Shown piece after piece: positions 39,194-48,136 of a stretch of 64,000 nt of DNA (its first letter is position 1; the number at the start of each line of letters is the position of its first letter). Below the pieces are notes generated by a model that worked only from the letters and a program-made list of their open reading frames with translations, was not told the DNA's origin and searched no databases. The position numbers were made by a program, and so were the translations under genes. Location of the stretch: the NCBI GenBank assembly GCA_910584295.1, contig CAJTYR010000001.1:69374-133373 (forward strand), read 5' to 3'. This DNA is from an uncultured Christensenella sp. (GTDB taxonomy: Bacteria; Bacillota; Clostridia; Christensenellales; UBA1242).

Positions 39194-39652
39194 TTAGAAA
39201 ACTATCACAAGTTTCATATTTGCAATTTTGGTTCTCTCAAATGTGAAATCACCTTTTTGTGTTTGGAGTGCGACATGCTTATCATCAAAATCTTTCAAGA
39301 CACCTTTGAAAACCTTTTGTCCATCTTGCTTTGCAAAAAGCGTAAGTTCAATTTCTTTACCAAGATTTCTTTTCAAGTCCCTGTCTGTTTTGATTGGTCT
39401 GTCAAGTCCTGGAGAACTCACAACCAATGTATAAGGTTTGTCGTCTGTCGGATTAAGTTCATCCAAAATTGGGTCAATTTTTTTATTAACAATTTCACAA
39501 TCGTCAATTGTCACCCCTTCTTCTTTATCAATTGTAAAGATAAGACTCATTGAACCATTCTCTTTTTCATAACTCACTTCAACAAGTTCATAGCCCATCT
39601 CCTCAATGACTGGACGAAGTTTTTCTTCGCAAATTTGCTTAACCTTTGCCAT
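39194..39652 (-). CDS. rimP: ribosome maturation factor RimP
   Basis: Start at MAKVKQICEE (RBS GGAGGTG). VSSPGLDRPIK signature. Confidence 0.9.
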   Translation of the reverse strand: MAKVKQICEEKLRPVIEEMGYELVEVSYEKENGSMSLIFTIDKEEGVTIDDCEIVNKKIDPILDELNPTDDKPYTLVVSSPGLDRPIKTDRDLKRNLGKEIELTLFAKQDGQKVFKGVLKDFDDKHVALQTQKGDFTFERTKIANMKLVIVF

Positions 39653-39683
39653 TCGCACCTCCAAAGTGTTCACTTAATACAAA

Positions 39684-39754
39684 GAGTGAGCAAATAATTT
39701 GCTCACTCCTCGTCAAGTTATAATTATTATAGCCCAAACAATCTCAAAAATCAA
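39684..39754 (-). promoter_or_regulatory. promoter of the rimP-nusA-infB operon followed by an 11-bp leader hairpin
   Basis: Minus strand TTGATT (39749-39754), 17-nt spacer, TATAAT (39726-39731). Then GAGTGAGCAAA-tta-TTTGCTCACTC (39684-39708) followed by TTTGTATT. Confidence 0.45.
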
Positions 39755-39825
39755 GATTTTTTGCCATCTTTTTATATAATTATTAAATAATATAGAACAT
39801 TTACTCATATTAATGGTCGCAACCC

Positions 39826-41361
39826 TTACTTTTCACACAATTTCAAAAGAAGTTGTGCAGTTGCATATGCATCATTCCATGCTCTATGTGCTCCAACAAG
39901 ACTTATTCCATAATATTCACAAAGTGTACCAAGCTTGAAATTATGAGATCTAACACCCTTTTTTATTGCAAGTTTATATGTGTCAATAAGTTCATTGTCA
40001 AACTCAACATCAAGAGTATCTTCATATCTTTTTACAAATGGGAAGTCAAAGTCAATCATGTTGTGTCCACAAAGAGCACAATCTTTTGAGAAATTAAAGA
40101 AATCCACAATCACTGGCTCGATTGATGGAGCATTTTCCACCATACCATTTGTGATGTTTGTAAGTTCTGTGATTTGTTGTGAAATGCGAATCGTTGGCTT
40201 AACCAATGATGCAAATTTTTCTTTTATTACACCATCAACAATCTTAACTGCTCCAATATCAATAATTTGGTCATTATATTTATCAAAGCCTGTTGTTTCA
40301 AGGTCAAAGACCACAATGCTTTTCCCTTTTATCAAATCATTGTATTCAATCTTTTGACCGAACATGCTGTCTTGTTCAAGAGACTCAAGTTTCTCCACCT
40401 TCACAACAGAACCACTGTAAGTTTTCTTTGGTTTCTGAATGAATTCAATCTCTTCCAACTTGTTTGCCAAAGCCATCTTATCAACTCTCAAAACGAGTTT
40501 TCCAGAAAATTTACTTTTTTCAACATCTCCATGAACAAGCATATACATACAATCTTCAAGTGCTTCCATTTGCCCCAAATTACTTTTTGAACAAAAATGA
40601 ATACAATCAATTTTTCCTCTTTCATCTTCCAAGACAAATGTGTAATAAACCCCTTCTGTGCCAGCTTTAGCGCCTGATTTCCTGACAAAGTCATGTCTTG
40701 AAAGTTTGTTTAAAAATCCAGCAACAACAACATTCATTTTTGGAGACTTGATATTGTTTATGTATTCAGGCTTGGTTGGAATATTTTTTCCTATGCAATC
40801 TTTGATAATCTCAACTGAATATCTTTTAGACACTTTATATTTTGCGGTTATTTCAACATTTTCAATATCAACTTCATCCACAAAATCTTCGCTCACACAA
40901 CAAGAAACCACAAACTCACACAAGAAATTGTTTTTAAGATGCTTTGCAAGCTCCGTTGCAACTCCATGTTCCTCAAAAAAATTGAAAATTCGATCACTGA
41001 CAGTTATGTTGATTTGAACATCAATTTCAGTCATCTCGATTTTAAAGTTTTCATCATGCAAATAGGAATACATCAATTTGTATCTTTCTTCAAAAAAGCT
41101 TTTAATAGCTTTAAGAATCAATCTTTCTTCAACAAAAGCACGCATAAATTTCGTGCGGATTTTAAGTTGTTCCAAGCCTAAATGTCTTTCCAAAAAATCA
41201 CTAATTTCCTTCTTATCGTTTTCAGTAAGTTCTTCCACAGTTGAAGGATACAAAAAAGTTGCAGTGCAGACGCCTTCACGCTTTTTCACCACAACACTTT
41301 GCAATTGAAGGTCTTTATATTTATCACCAAACTCGGTGAAAAATTCTTCTTCAAAATTCAT
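39826..41361 (-). CDS. PolC-derived protein: PolC-like N-terminal region, OB fold and DEDDh 3'-5' exonuclease, without PHP or polymerase domains
   Basis: Exo I VVFDLETTG, Exo II GHNMIDFDFPF, Exo III HRAWNDAYATAQLL. The upstream segment VVVAGFLNKLSRHDF...YYTFVLEDERGKIDCIHF...VHGDVEKSKFSGKLVLRV parallels the PolC OB domain. The protein stops right after Exo III. Confidence 0.6.
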   Translation of the reverse strand: MNFEEEFFTEFGDKYKDLQLQSVVVKKREGVCTATFLYPSTVEELTENDKKEISDFLERHLGLEQLKIRTKFMRAFVEERLILKAIKSFFEERYKLMYSYLHDENFKIEMTEIDVQINITVSDRIFNFFEEHGVATELAKHLKNNFLCEFVVSCCVSEDFVDEVDIENVEITAKYKVSKRYSVEIIKDCIGKNIPTKPEYINNIKSPKMNVVVAGFLNKLSRHDFVRKSGAKAGTEGVYYTFVLEDERGKIDCIHFCSKSNLGQMEALEDCMYMLVHGDVEKSKFSGKLVLRVDKMALANKLEEIEFIQKPKKTYSGSVVKVEKLESLEQDSMFGQKIEYNDLIKGKSIVVFDLETTGFDKYNDQIIDIGAVKIVDGVIKEKFASLVKPTIRISQQITELTNITNGMVENAPSIEPVIVDFFNFSKDCALCGHNMIDFDFPFVKRYEDTLDVEFDNELIDTYKLAIKKGVRSHNFKLGTLCEYYGISLVGAHRAWNDAYATAQLLLKLCEK

Positions 41362-41435
41362 AAGACCATTCTATAAAATTTTAGGATTTTTGTCAAGTTA
41401 AAGATTTACATAACATAAAACAATGTCAATTTTGC

Positions 41436-42767
41436 TTACATAACAAAATGCAAGATGTCAATAAGCACAACAAAGCCCAGCAAAACACATAGCCCCACAA
41501 AGTGAATCATGTTTTCAACCTTTCGATTGATAGGCTTCCCACGAATCCACTCAATGATCGTAAACAAGATATGCGCCCCATCCAAAGAAGGAATTGGAAG
41601 AAGATTGAAAATCGCAAGGTTTGCAGCAATAAGAGGAATGAAAATCAAAAGATAAGACAGTGATTGAGATGCCATTGTTGCAATTGTTGTGATTGTTCCA
41701 ACTGTGCCAGTCATCTGTGTGATAGGAATTTGAAATGTGATGAGCATCCAAAGACTCTTAAGCACAACCCAAGCAAAACCAAACGCCATTTCAAAAGAGC
41801 GACAGAAACCTTCCCAAGCATTGTAAACATATGCACTTGTGCAAGATTTTTCTCCCTTTGCACTTTCAAGTCCAACATAAGTGTTAAGAATATAAACTGG
41901 ATTTCCTTCATCATCCACAACTGGTTTATCTTTATTATCTAGTTTCTGTTCAAAAACTGGGCATACAGCAATTTTGAGAACTTCTTTTTTGCCATGAAGA
42001 GAACCATGTCTGACAGTCATGTTAAAGGTATAAATTTGAGATGTCTCTCCTTTTTCAAACTTATCAAGTTCTGTTTTCATAAACTCTGCAAGAATTTGAT
42101 TTTTCTGCTCAATTGAAAGTCCTGTTATGCTTGGGTCAATCGCTTGAAGCTCTGAAAGTTTAACATCAAAGTATGTCTTTAATATTTTGGTATATTTTTC
42201 TTTTGCTTTAACTCTTTGACTATTGACCATTGACACATAGTTTCCACCAAAAGCAAAATCAATTTTTTTGCCATTTATGTGAGTGATTACATCGCCTTTT
42301 TTATATGGATTTGTGTGAGTAAAATAAACTGTCTCACTTTCATCAACCACTTGGACATAGGAATAGCTTGTGTTGTTGAAAGTTTGAATTTGAGGAACAT
42401 CATAACCAATGCTTGACAAAAGCACCCAAGAGAAAATGATCGCAGTGATGAAATTCATCGTCACCCCACCAAGGAGAACAAGGATTCTTTTCCAAGGTTT
42501 CTGATTGTTGAATGCTGTTGGCGATGTGTTTCCTTCATCATCCTCTTCCCCATCAAAAGCACAATATCCACCCAACGGAAAAATACGGAGCGAAAACTTT
42601 TCCCCCGTTTTTTTGTTTGTTTTTGAGAAAATTGGGAAACCAAAACCAATTGAAAACTCTGTTATCTTAAATTTTAGTATTTTCCCAACAATATAATGCC
42701 CCAGTTCATGAACTAAAATCATAAACAAGAGAATGACAATCGCAAGCAAAATATAAACAGCAATCAT
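41436..42767 (-). CDS. rseP: RIP metalloprotease RseP (site-2 protease, M50)
   Basis: HELGHYIVGK in TM1, PDZ-like KKGDVITHINGKKI, and a C-terminal NLLPIPSLDGAH motif. Confidence 0.88.
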   Translation of the reverse strand: MIAVYILLAIVILLFMILVHELGHYIVGKILKFKITEFSIGFGFPIFSKTNKKTGEKFSLRIFPLGGYCAFDGEEDDEGNTSPTAFNNQKPWKRILVLLGGVTMNFITAIIFSWVLLSSIGYDVPQIQTFNNTSYSYVQVVDESETVYFTHTNPYKKGDVITHINGKKIDFAFGGNYVSMVNSQRVKAKEKYTKILKTYFDVKLSELQAIDPSITGLSIEQKNQILAEFMKTELDKFEKGETSQIYTFNMTVRHGSLHGKKEVLKIAVCPVFEQKLDNKDKPVVDDEGNPVYILNTYVGLESAKGEKSCTSAYVYNAWEGFCRSFEMAFGFAWVVLKSLWMLITFQIPITQMTGTVGTITTIATMASQSLSYLLIFIPLIAANLAIFNLLPIPSLDGAHILFTIIEWIRGKPINRKVENMIHFVGLCVLLGFVVLIDILHFVM

Positions 42768-42802
42768 ATAAACAATTCCTTAAACAATTTTCGTTCTTTT
42801 GT

Positions 42803-43768
42803 TTAAACTGCAAAAATCAAAAATGCAAGCAAAATATATGGTGCCATGAAGATATGAGAATCAACTCTATCCAGCAATCCGCCATGTCCAGGCAAGAATT
42901 TTCCACTGTCTTTCATACCAGCTCTGCGCTTGATGATTGATTCAAACAAATCGCCTGCTTGAGCAACCATAGACCCAATAAATACGATAATCAAATATGC
43001 CCAAATAGGGAAGATTTCCATAAATGGCTCAAATGAACTAATGCAACCAAAAATCAAATAAACGCATGCACTGAACAACACACACCACAAAACTCCACCA
43101 ACAGAACCAGAGATTGTTTTTCCTGGGCTGATTCTTGGACAAAGTTTTTTGCCTCCAATGACAGAACCTGTGAGCATTGCAAAGGTGTCAGTAAAAATTG
43201 GAATAAGAAAAGTAGTCAAAAGCACAAACACTGAAACATTTGAAGTTATTCCAGAAAGTTTTGTAAGAGGCAGATCATTGATATGGTTTGTCAAAACAAA
43301 GAACAAAAACAAAAATGCTGGATAAACAAAACAAATTGCAGTGTGCAAAGCTTTCTTAAAAGAGAACATAAGAACTGACATATTTGGAACTTCACGAACA
43401 GTCATTTCATGAAGAATAGTTTGTTTTTTTCTGCAATAAGTCATAAGAAAAACAACCAATGCCCCCAATACAATCAAAGCAATATCAATCAAGATTGTCC
43501 ACAAAATCCAAAACAAATCATTTTTGAGACTTGCAAAATGAATTCCAATCAAATTTCCAGCAAGCAAAAATGCAGGTGCGCTGATTGCAACCCATTGATT
43601 GTTGTAAAAACCTGTCTTTGCAAGCATTTTTGACATCTCGAAACACCCAAAACATGCAAGGATTGCAAAAAAGGCATCGAAGAAATAATCGCTGACATAA
43701 ACTTTTAAAACAAAAAGCAATGCCAAAACAATTACAATTCCAATAGAAGAATAAATCCTTTGTTTCAT
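42803..43768 (-). CDS. cdsA: phosphatidate cytidylyltransferase
   Basis: SIIKRRAGMKDSGKFLPGHGGLLDRVDS signature; polytopic. Confidence 0.9.
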   Translation of the reverse strand: MKQRIYSSIGIVIVLALLFVLKVYVSDYFFDAFFAILACFGCFEMSKMLAKTGFYNNQWVAISAPAFLLAGNLIGIHFASLKNDLFWILWTILIDIALIVLGALVVFLMTYCRKKQTILHEMTVREVPNMSVLMFSFKKALHTAICFVYPAFLFLFFVLTNHINDLPLTKLSGITSNVSVFVLLTTFLIPIFTDTFAMLTGSVIGGKKLCPRISPGKTISGSVGGVLWCVLFSACVYLIFGCISSFEPFMEIFPIWAYLIIVFIGSMVAQAGDLFESIIKRRAGMKDSGKFLPGHGGLLDRVDSHIFMAPYILLAFLIFAV

Positions 43769-43773
43769 AATAA

Positions 43774-44478
43774 CTATTTTCCTCCAAATCTTCTGTTTCT
43801 TTTTGAAAATTCATAAAGTGCATTTCTTAATTCTTTTTCATCAAAATCAGGCCAATGAAGTTTTGTGAAGTAAAACTCCGCATAAGCCATTTGAAAAAGC
43901 ATAAAATTTGACACCCTCATCTCTCCACTTGTTCTGATCAAAAGATCAATGTCTGGAGCATCAGCCGAATACAAATTCTCTTTCAAATTTTCAATGGTAA
44001 TATCCTTTCCACGCTCTGCAACCAAGTTTGCAGCATGAACAATATCTTCCCTTCCACCATAACTCATTGCAAGGTTGACGGTCAATCCAGTATTATTTTT
44101 GGTTTCTTCCATCGTTTTAATCAGTATATCTTGCATTTTTTTTGGAAATCTTGTCAAATCACCCATGGAAACAAATCTGATGTTCTTATTTTCAAATTGA
44201 CTCTTATATTCTTCAACAAAATCATAACAAAGTTCAAAAATATAGTCAATTTCAGCTTGTTCTCTTTTCCAATTATCAGTTGAAAAAGCAAAGAATGATG
44301 CAAAACGAATTTCAGGATATTTTAAAAGCGTTTCAATCATTTTTTTCAAAGAAATTGCACCTTGCTTGTGTCCCAAAACCTTGTTAAGCCCTCTGCTTCT
44401 TGCCCAGCGTCTGTTACCATCCATTATGAATGCAATGTGAGTAGGCATTGTCACAATAGACTTTTTCTTTTTAAACAT
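43774..44478 (-). CDS. uppS: isoprenyl transferase (undecaprenyl diphosphate synthase)
   Basis: HIAFIMDGNRRWA and IRTSGEMRVSNF motifs. Confidence 0.95.
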   Translation of the reverse strand: MFKKKKSIVTMPTHIAFIMDGNRRWARSRGLNKVLGHKQGAISLKKMIETLLKYPEIRFASFFAFSTDNWKREQAEIDYIFELCYDFVEEYKSQFENKNIRFVSMGDLTRFPKKMQDILIKTMEETKNNTGLTVNLAMSYGGREDIVHAANLVAERGKDITIENLKENLYSADAPDIDLLIRTSGEMRVSNFMLFQMAYAEFYFTKLHWPDFDEKELRNALYEFSKRNRRFGGK

Positions 44479-44512
44479 TAAAACCCCTTAAAAATTCAAT
44501 ATCGTTCTTTTG

Positions 44513-45079
44513 TCAAACTTTCATAACTTCTTCTTCTTTTGCATCACATTCGCTGTCCACAAGAGCCGTGTATTTGTCCATAACTTTTTGAACTTCTTTT
44601 TCAGCGCTTGCAAATTCGTCTTCAGAAATTTCGCCGTCTTTTTTAAGATCCTTAAGCATATCAAGAGCATCTCTTCTGACATTTCTCATTGCAACTTTTG
44701 TGTCCTCACAAATTTTCTTAACATTTTTAACAATTTCTCTTCTTCTTTCTTCTGTTGGCATAGGAAAAACAAGCCTAATTATTTTTCCATCATCTGTTGG
44801 AGTAATTCCAATATCAGAAGCAGAAATGGCTTTTTCAACATTTTTAATTTGAGAAGCATCCCAAATGTTTATGTTGAGGATTCGTCCTTCAGACACAGTG
44901 ACAGTCCCCATTTGATTGATTGGAGTTGGTGTTCCATAATATTCAACCATAACCTTATCCAAAATGTGTGGATTTGCTCTCCCCGCTCTAATAACAAGAT
45001 ATTCGTTTTGTTGGTGCGAATATGCCTTCTCGAGGTCTTGTTTTAACGAAGCGAAAATATCATCAACAATTTCGTTCAT
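44513..45079 (-). CDS. frr: ribosome recycling factor
   Basis: Start at MNEIVDDIFA (RBS AAAGGAGAA). VIRAGRANPHILD and VAMRNVRRDA motifs. Confidence 0.96.
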   Translation of the reverse strand: MNEIVDDIFASLKQDLEKAYSHQQNEYLVIRAGRANPHILDKVMVEYYGTPTPINQMGTVTVSEGRILNINIWDASQIKNVEKAISASDIGITPTDDGKIIRLVFPMPTEERRREIVKNVKKICEDTKVAMRNVRRDALDMLKDLKKDGEISEDEFASAEKEVQKVMDKYTALVDSECDAKEEEVMKV

Positions 45080-45104
45080 AAATTCTCCTTTAATATACCA
45101 AAAT

Positions 45105-45133
45105 AGTATAACTGAAAAATTGTTATTTTGCAA
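45105..45133 (-). promoter_or_regulatory. sigma-A promoter for frr
   Basis: Minus strand TTGCAA, 17-nt spacer, TATACT. Confidence 0.45.
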
Positions 45134-45162
45134 ACAATTTCACATCCTCACAGCTTTGATAA

Positions 45163-45190
45163 ATAAAAAAATTGCACGAAACGTGCAATT
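45163..45190 (-). terminator. rho-independent terminator after the 703-aa gene
   Basis: Minus strand ATTGCACG-ttt-CGTGCAAT followed by TTTTTTT. Confidence 0.8.
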
Positions 45191-45203
45191 TTTCAATAAA
45201 ATC

Positions 45204-47315
45204 TCATTTCTTTCCGTCATCTTTGACCTTTGTGATTTTAATAACATCCGATTCCAATCTGTGGTACGCATCATTTGAAAGTTCTTGAGTTAGTTTTTTG
45301 AGAGGAGAATACAATTTTTCAGGTGTAGGAACAATGACTTTTTCTGAGCCAAACAAAGTTTGCTGTGGATCGACATAAGTCTGGCCAATATCTTTCAGAG
45401 TCTCAATAAGTGGTTCTCGAAGTGTGCTTTCAATGATGTCTGTGATTGGCTCTTTATCATCAAAACACATGTTCGTCAAGAAATCAATCACCCTGTCGTT
45501 AAGCTTATCAATGTCTGTAAACCTCTTATTCAATTTTTCACGCTTAACATCATTATTTTTGATTTTAACCAACATTTCTTTGATCTCTTCAGAGAATGAA
45601 ATCTCTTTATCACGAAGTCGACCAAAATCAATGTAATCATCACCAGTTCTTTCAATTTGCTCAACAATAAATCTTTGATTATTGATACTCTTAATTTCAG
45701 TTGTGACCGCAAGCATCTTTTTTCTGTCTGTCAAAATCTCATTCCAACCACCATATTGATTGAGAATTGTTCTAATTTGACTTCTGATTTCTCTTCCTCC
45801 AAGTTCATCCTTTTTAAGTTTTAATTCATGAAGTTTTCTGATATGTGGCACGATTCTTGGATCATTATCAAAGAAAAGCTCCACAAATTTTTCAACTCTT
45901 TGCCAATCGTCCATTTTGTCAACATCAAGAATTACAATATCTTCAATCTTTGCAAGTTTTCTAAACACAGGAATAACATCAAAATCAATGTTATGCTTGT
46001 TTGCAAAAAGCGATTTCCCAAGTTTGAAAAATCTTCCCATATAAGGATTGTCTGGATTCTCTTTGTCATGAGCATCGATTGCATGTAAAAGTTGGTTCAA
46101 CTTCTCATTGTCCATTGCAAGCACATATGTATTTTTCTTAATATACTCAATCGTTCCATTGACACCTGCATATCCCTCAAGCAAATAAATGTTTTTGTAA
46201 GCATTTGAAACCATTTCTTTAAGAGGAATTGAATTCATCAAGCAAATATTTGAAGGATTTTCAAACAAGAATGAAAGATTGTATGTATGCTGTTTTTCAA
46301 CAGCACAAAACTCATTGTTTAACTGAGCTTGCAAGTTCTTGATAAATATTTCTTTTTCCTTCATTGACCGAGCGTTAATTGTCAAAACAGAAAAATTGTT
46401 ATTAATCCAACTTCTAAGAAGGTGGCGCTTACACTCAAACATTGTCATGCTTACTCGCCCTTCTTTTTGTGCCCTGTTATATTCTTCCACAACAAGTGCC
46501 CTTGGAAGTTTGCTCATAACATATTTATAGGCGTCTTTCAGCTTTTCAGCATTGCAAGCAAAAAGACTTGGACAACAAACAAGCCCATCTCTTATGGCTC
46601 TCACTTTTTGTCTATTTCTTTCAAGTCCAATATATGGTTTATCAGGGACATTATACAAATATCTCCAAATACCTTCCTCTTCATTATAAATAGCAAAAGA
46701 AAGAAGAGCTTGATATATGTTTGAAACCCCACTTGCAGTCAACTTTGAAAGCATTGTTGCGGCACATTTTTCAAACATTCCATTAACAATTTCTGATGAA
46801 TTTTCTTTTGAAAGCGCAAGGGTCAGAATTATTTGATCATAAATCCTGTCAAAATTTCTGTCGTAATTGCTATAACTTGATACAACACGTGTATCTGGAT
46901 CATATGTAACACCCAAATTTCCATCAGTAAGTGAAGTTTTGTAAATTGTTTTGTATATATCAATTCCCCTATATGAAATTGAATGATACAATGATTTCAA
47001 TCTGTTATAAATTGCAGATGCATCATCATCAGTATATTTTGGAGCAGACAAAATTGCTTCAGCAGATTTTTTCCTGTCATTAATCTCTTCTTTTGTCAAA
47101 CTTGGATCAAGTGCACCTTTGCCTTGTCTGCAAAATGGTGCAAGTGCAGCAACGGTCGCAACAAGAGTTTGTCTGGAAGATTCAGTCATATATTTGGTTG
47201 AAAAAGTATAATTTTCTTTCAGTTTTCTTGCAATAAACTCTTCAGAGACACCGAAGTATGTTTTAAGAATTCTGAATACACCATCACGGTTTGCTTCCCA
47301 CTCAAAACCTGCCAT
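45204..47315 (-). CDS. hypothetical 703-aa soluble protein, no recognised domain
   Basis: Uninterrupted ORF with RBS AAGGGGGA before ATG 47315, plus its own promoter and terminator. No P-loop, no amino-acid-kinase motifs, no TM segments. Confidence 0.8.
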   Translation of the reverse strand: MAGFEWEANRDGVFRILKTYFGVSEEFIARKLKENYTFSTKYMTESSRQTLVATVAALAPFCRQGKGALDPSLTKEEINDRKKSAEAILSAPKYTDDDASAIYNRLKSLYHSISYRGIDIYKTIYKTSLTDGNLGVTYDPDTRVVSSYSNYDRNFDRIYDQIILTLALSKENSSEIVNGMFEKCAATMLSKLTASGVSNIYQALLSFAIYNEEEGIWRYLYNVPDKPYIGLERNRQKVRAIRDGLVCCPSLFACNAEKLKDAYKYVMSKLPRALVVEEYNRAQKEGRVSMTMFECKRHLLRSWINNNFSVLTINARSMKEKEIFIKNLQAQLNNEFCAVEKQHTYNLSFLFENPSNICLMNSIPLKEMVSNAYKNIYLLEGYAGVNGTIEYIKKNTYVLAMDNEKLNQLLHAIDAHDKENPDNPYMGRFFKLGKSLFANKHNIDFDVIPVFRKLAKIEDIVILDVDKMDDWQRVEKFVELFFDNDPRIVPHIRKLHELKLKKDELGGREIRSQIRTILNQYGGWNEILTDRKKMLAVTTEIKSINNQRFIVEQIERTGDDYIDFGRLRDKEISFSEEIKEMLVKIKNNDVKREKLNKRFTDIDKLNDRVIDFLTNMCFDDKEPITDIIESTLREPLIETLKDIGQTYVDPQQTLFGSEKVIVPTPEKLYSPLKKLTQELSNDAYHRLESDVIKITKVKDDGKK

Positions 47316-47344
47316 AAACAAAATCCCCCTTAATCCTTAATTTA

Positions 47345-47373
47345 ATTCTATCAAATTTCTTTTACTATGTCAA
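47345..47373 (-). promoter_or_regulatory. strong sigma-A promoter for the 703-aa gene
   Basis: Minus strand TTGACA, 17-nt spacer, TAGAAT. Confidence 0.55.
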
Positions 47374-47404
47374 GAGCAAAGTTTTTTTATGTCGAATTTT
47401 GATA

Positions 47405-47436
47405 ATAAAAAACACTCAAAGTTATGCTTGAGTGTT
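47405..47436 (-). terminator. rho-independent terminator after tsf
   Basis: Minus strand ACACTCAA-gcataact-TTGAGTGT followed by TTTTTT. Confidence 0.8.
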
Positions 47437-47447
47437 TTATTCAAATT

Positions 47448-48101
47448 TTAGTTTCCAGCCATTTGCTTCGCAACTTCTTCAGCCAAGTTGTCGTTTCTCT
47501 TTTCAAGCCCCTCACCAAGTTCATAACGAACAAATCTTCTGATAGAAAGCTTTTCTCCAATTTTGAGGGTTGCTTCTGTCAAAACATCTTTGATTGTTTT
47601 GCTTGAATCTTTCACGAAAGGTTGATTCATAAGGCAAACATCTTCATAATATTTTTTAACTCTGCCTTCAACCATCTTTTCAATGATTTGTGCTGGCTTG
47701 CCTTCATTGAGTGCTTGCGCTCTCAAGATTTCCTTTTCATGCTCAAGTTCAGAAGCATCAACTTCTTCTTCTCTGACATACTTTGGATTTGCAGCAGCGA
47801 TTTGCATTGCAATATCTTTCACCAAATTTTGGAAATCATTGCTTTTTGCAACGAAGTCTGTTTCACAGTTAACTTCAACCAAGACACCAATTCTTCCTCC
47901 CATATGGATGTAAGATGCAACAAGTCCTTCTGAAGCAATTCTGCTTTGTTTTTTATCAACTGCTTTAAGTCCTCTTTCACGAAGAAGATTGACAGCCTTT
48001 TCAAAATCTCCGTTTGCATCTGTGAGTGCTTTTTTACATTCCATCATGCCAACGCCTGTTTGTGCTCTTAATTTAGCAACGTCTTGTGCAGTAAAACTCA
48101 T
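47448..48101 (-). CDS. tsf: translation elongation factor Ts (short form)
   Basis: UBA-like N-terminus VAKLRAQTGVGMMECKKAL and core LVEVNCETDFVA. Confidence 0.95.
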   Translation of the reverse strand: MSFTAQDVAKLRAQTGVGMMECKKALTDANGDFEKAVNLLRERGLKAVDKKQSRIASEGLVASYIHMGGRIGVLVEVNCETDFVAKSNDFQNLVKDIAMQIAAANPKYVREEEVDASELEHEKEILRAQALNEGKPAQIIEKMVEGRVKKYYEDVCLMNQPFVKDSSKTIKDVLTEATLKIGEKLSIRRFVRYELGEGLEKRNDNLAEEVAKQMAGN

Positions 48102-48136
48102 AATAATTCTCCTTAATAATCAAAATTTTTCAACAA

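Noticed and set aside
45204-47315. Could the 703-aa protein be a divergent or fused UMP kinase, given its position?
   Set aside because: It has no Gly-rich amino-acid-kinase N-terminal motif and nothing resembling PyrH (~240 aa) anywhere in the sequence. It is treated as an unrelated insert.
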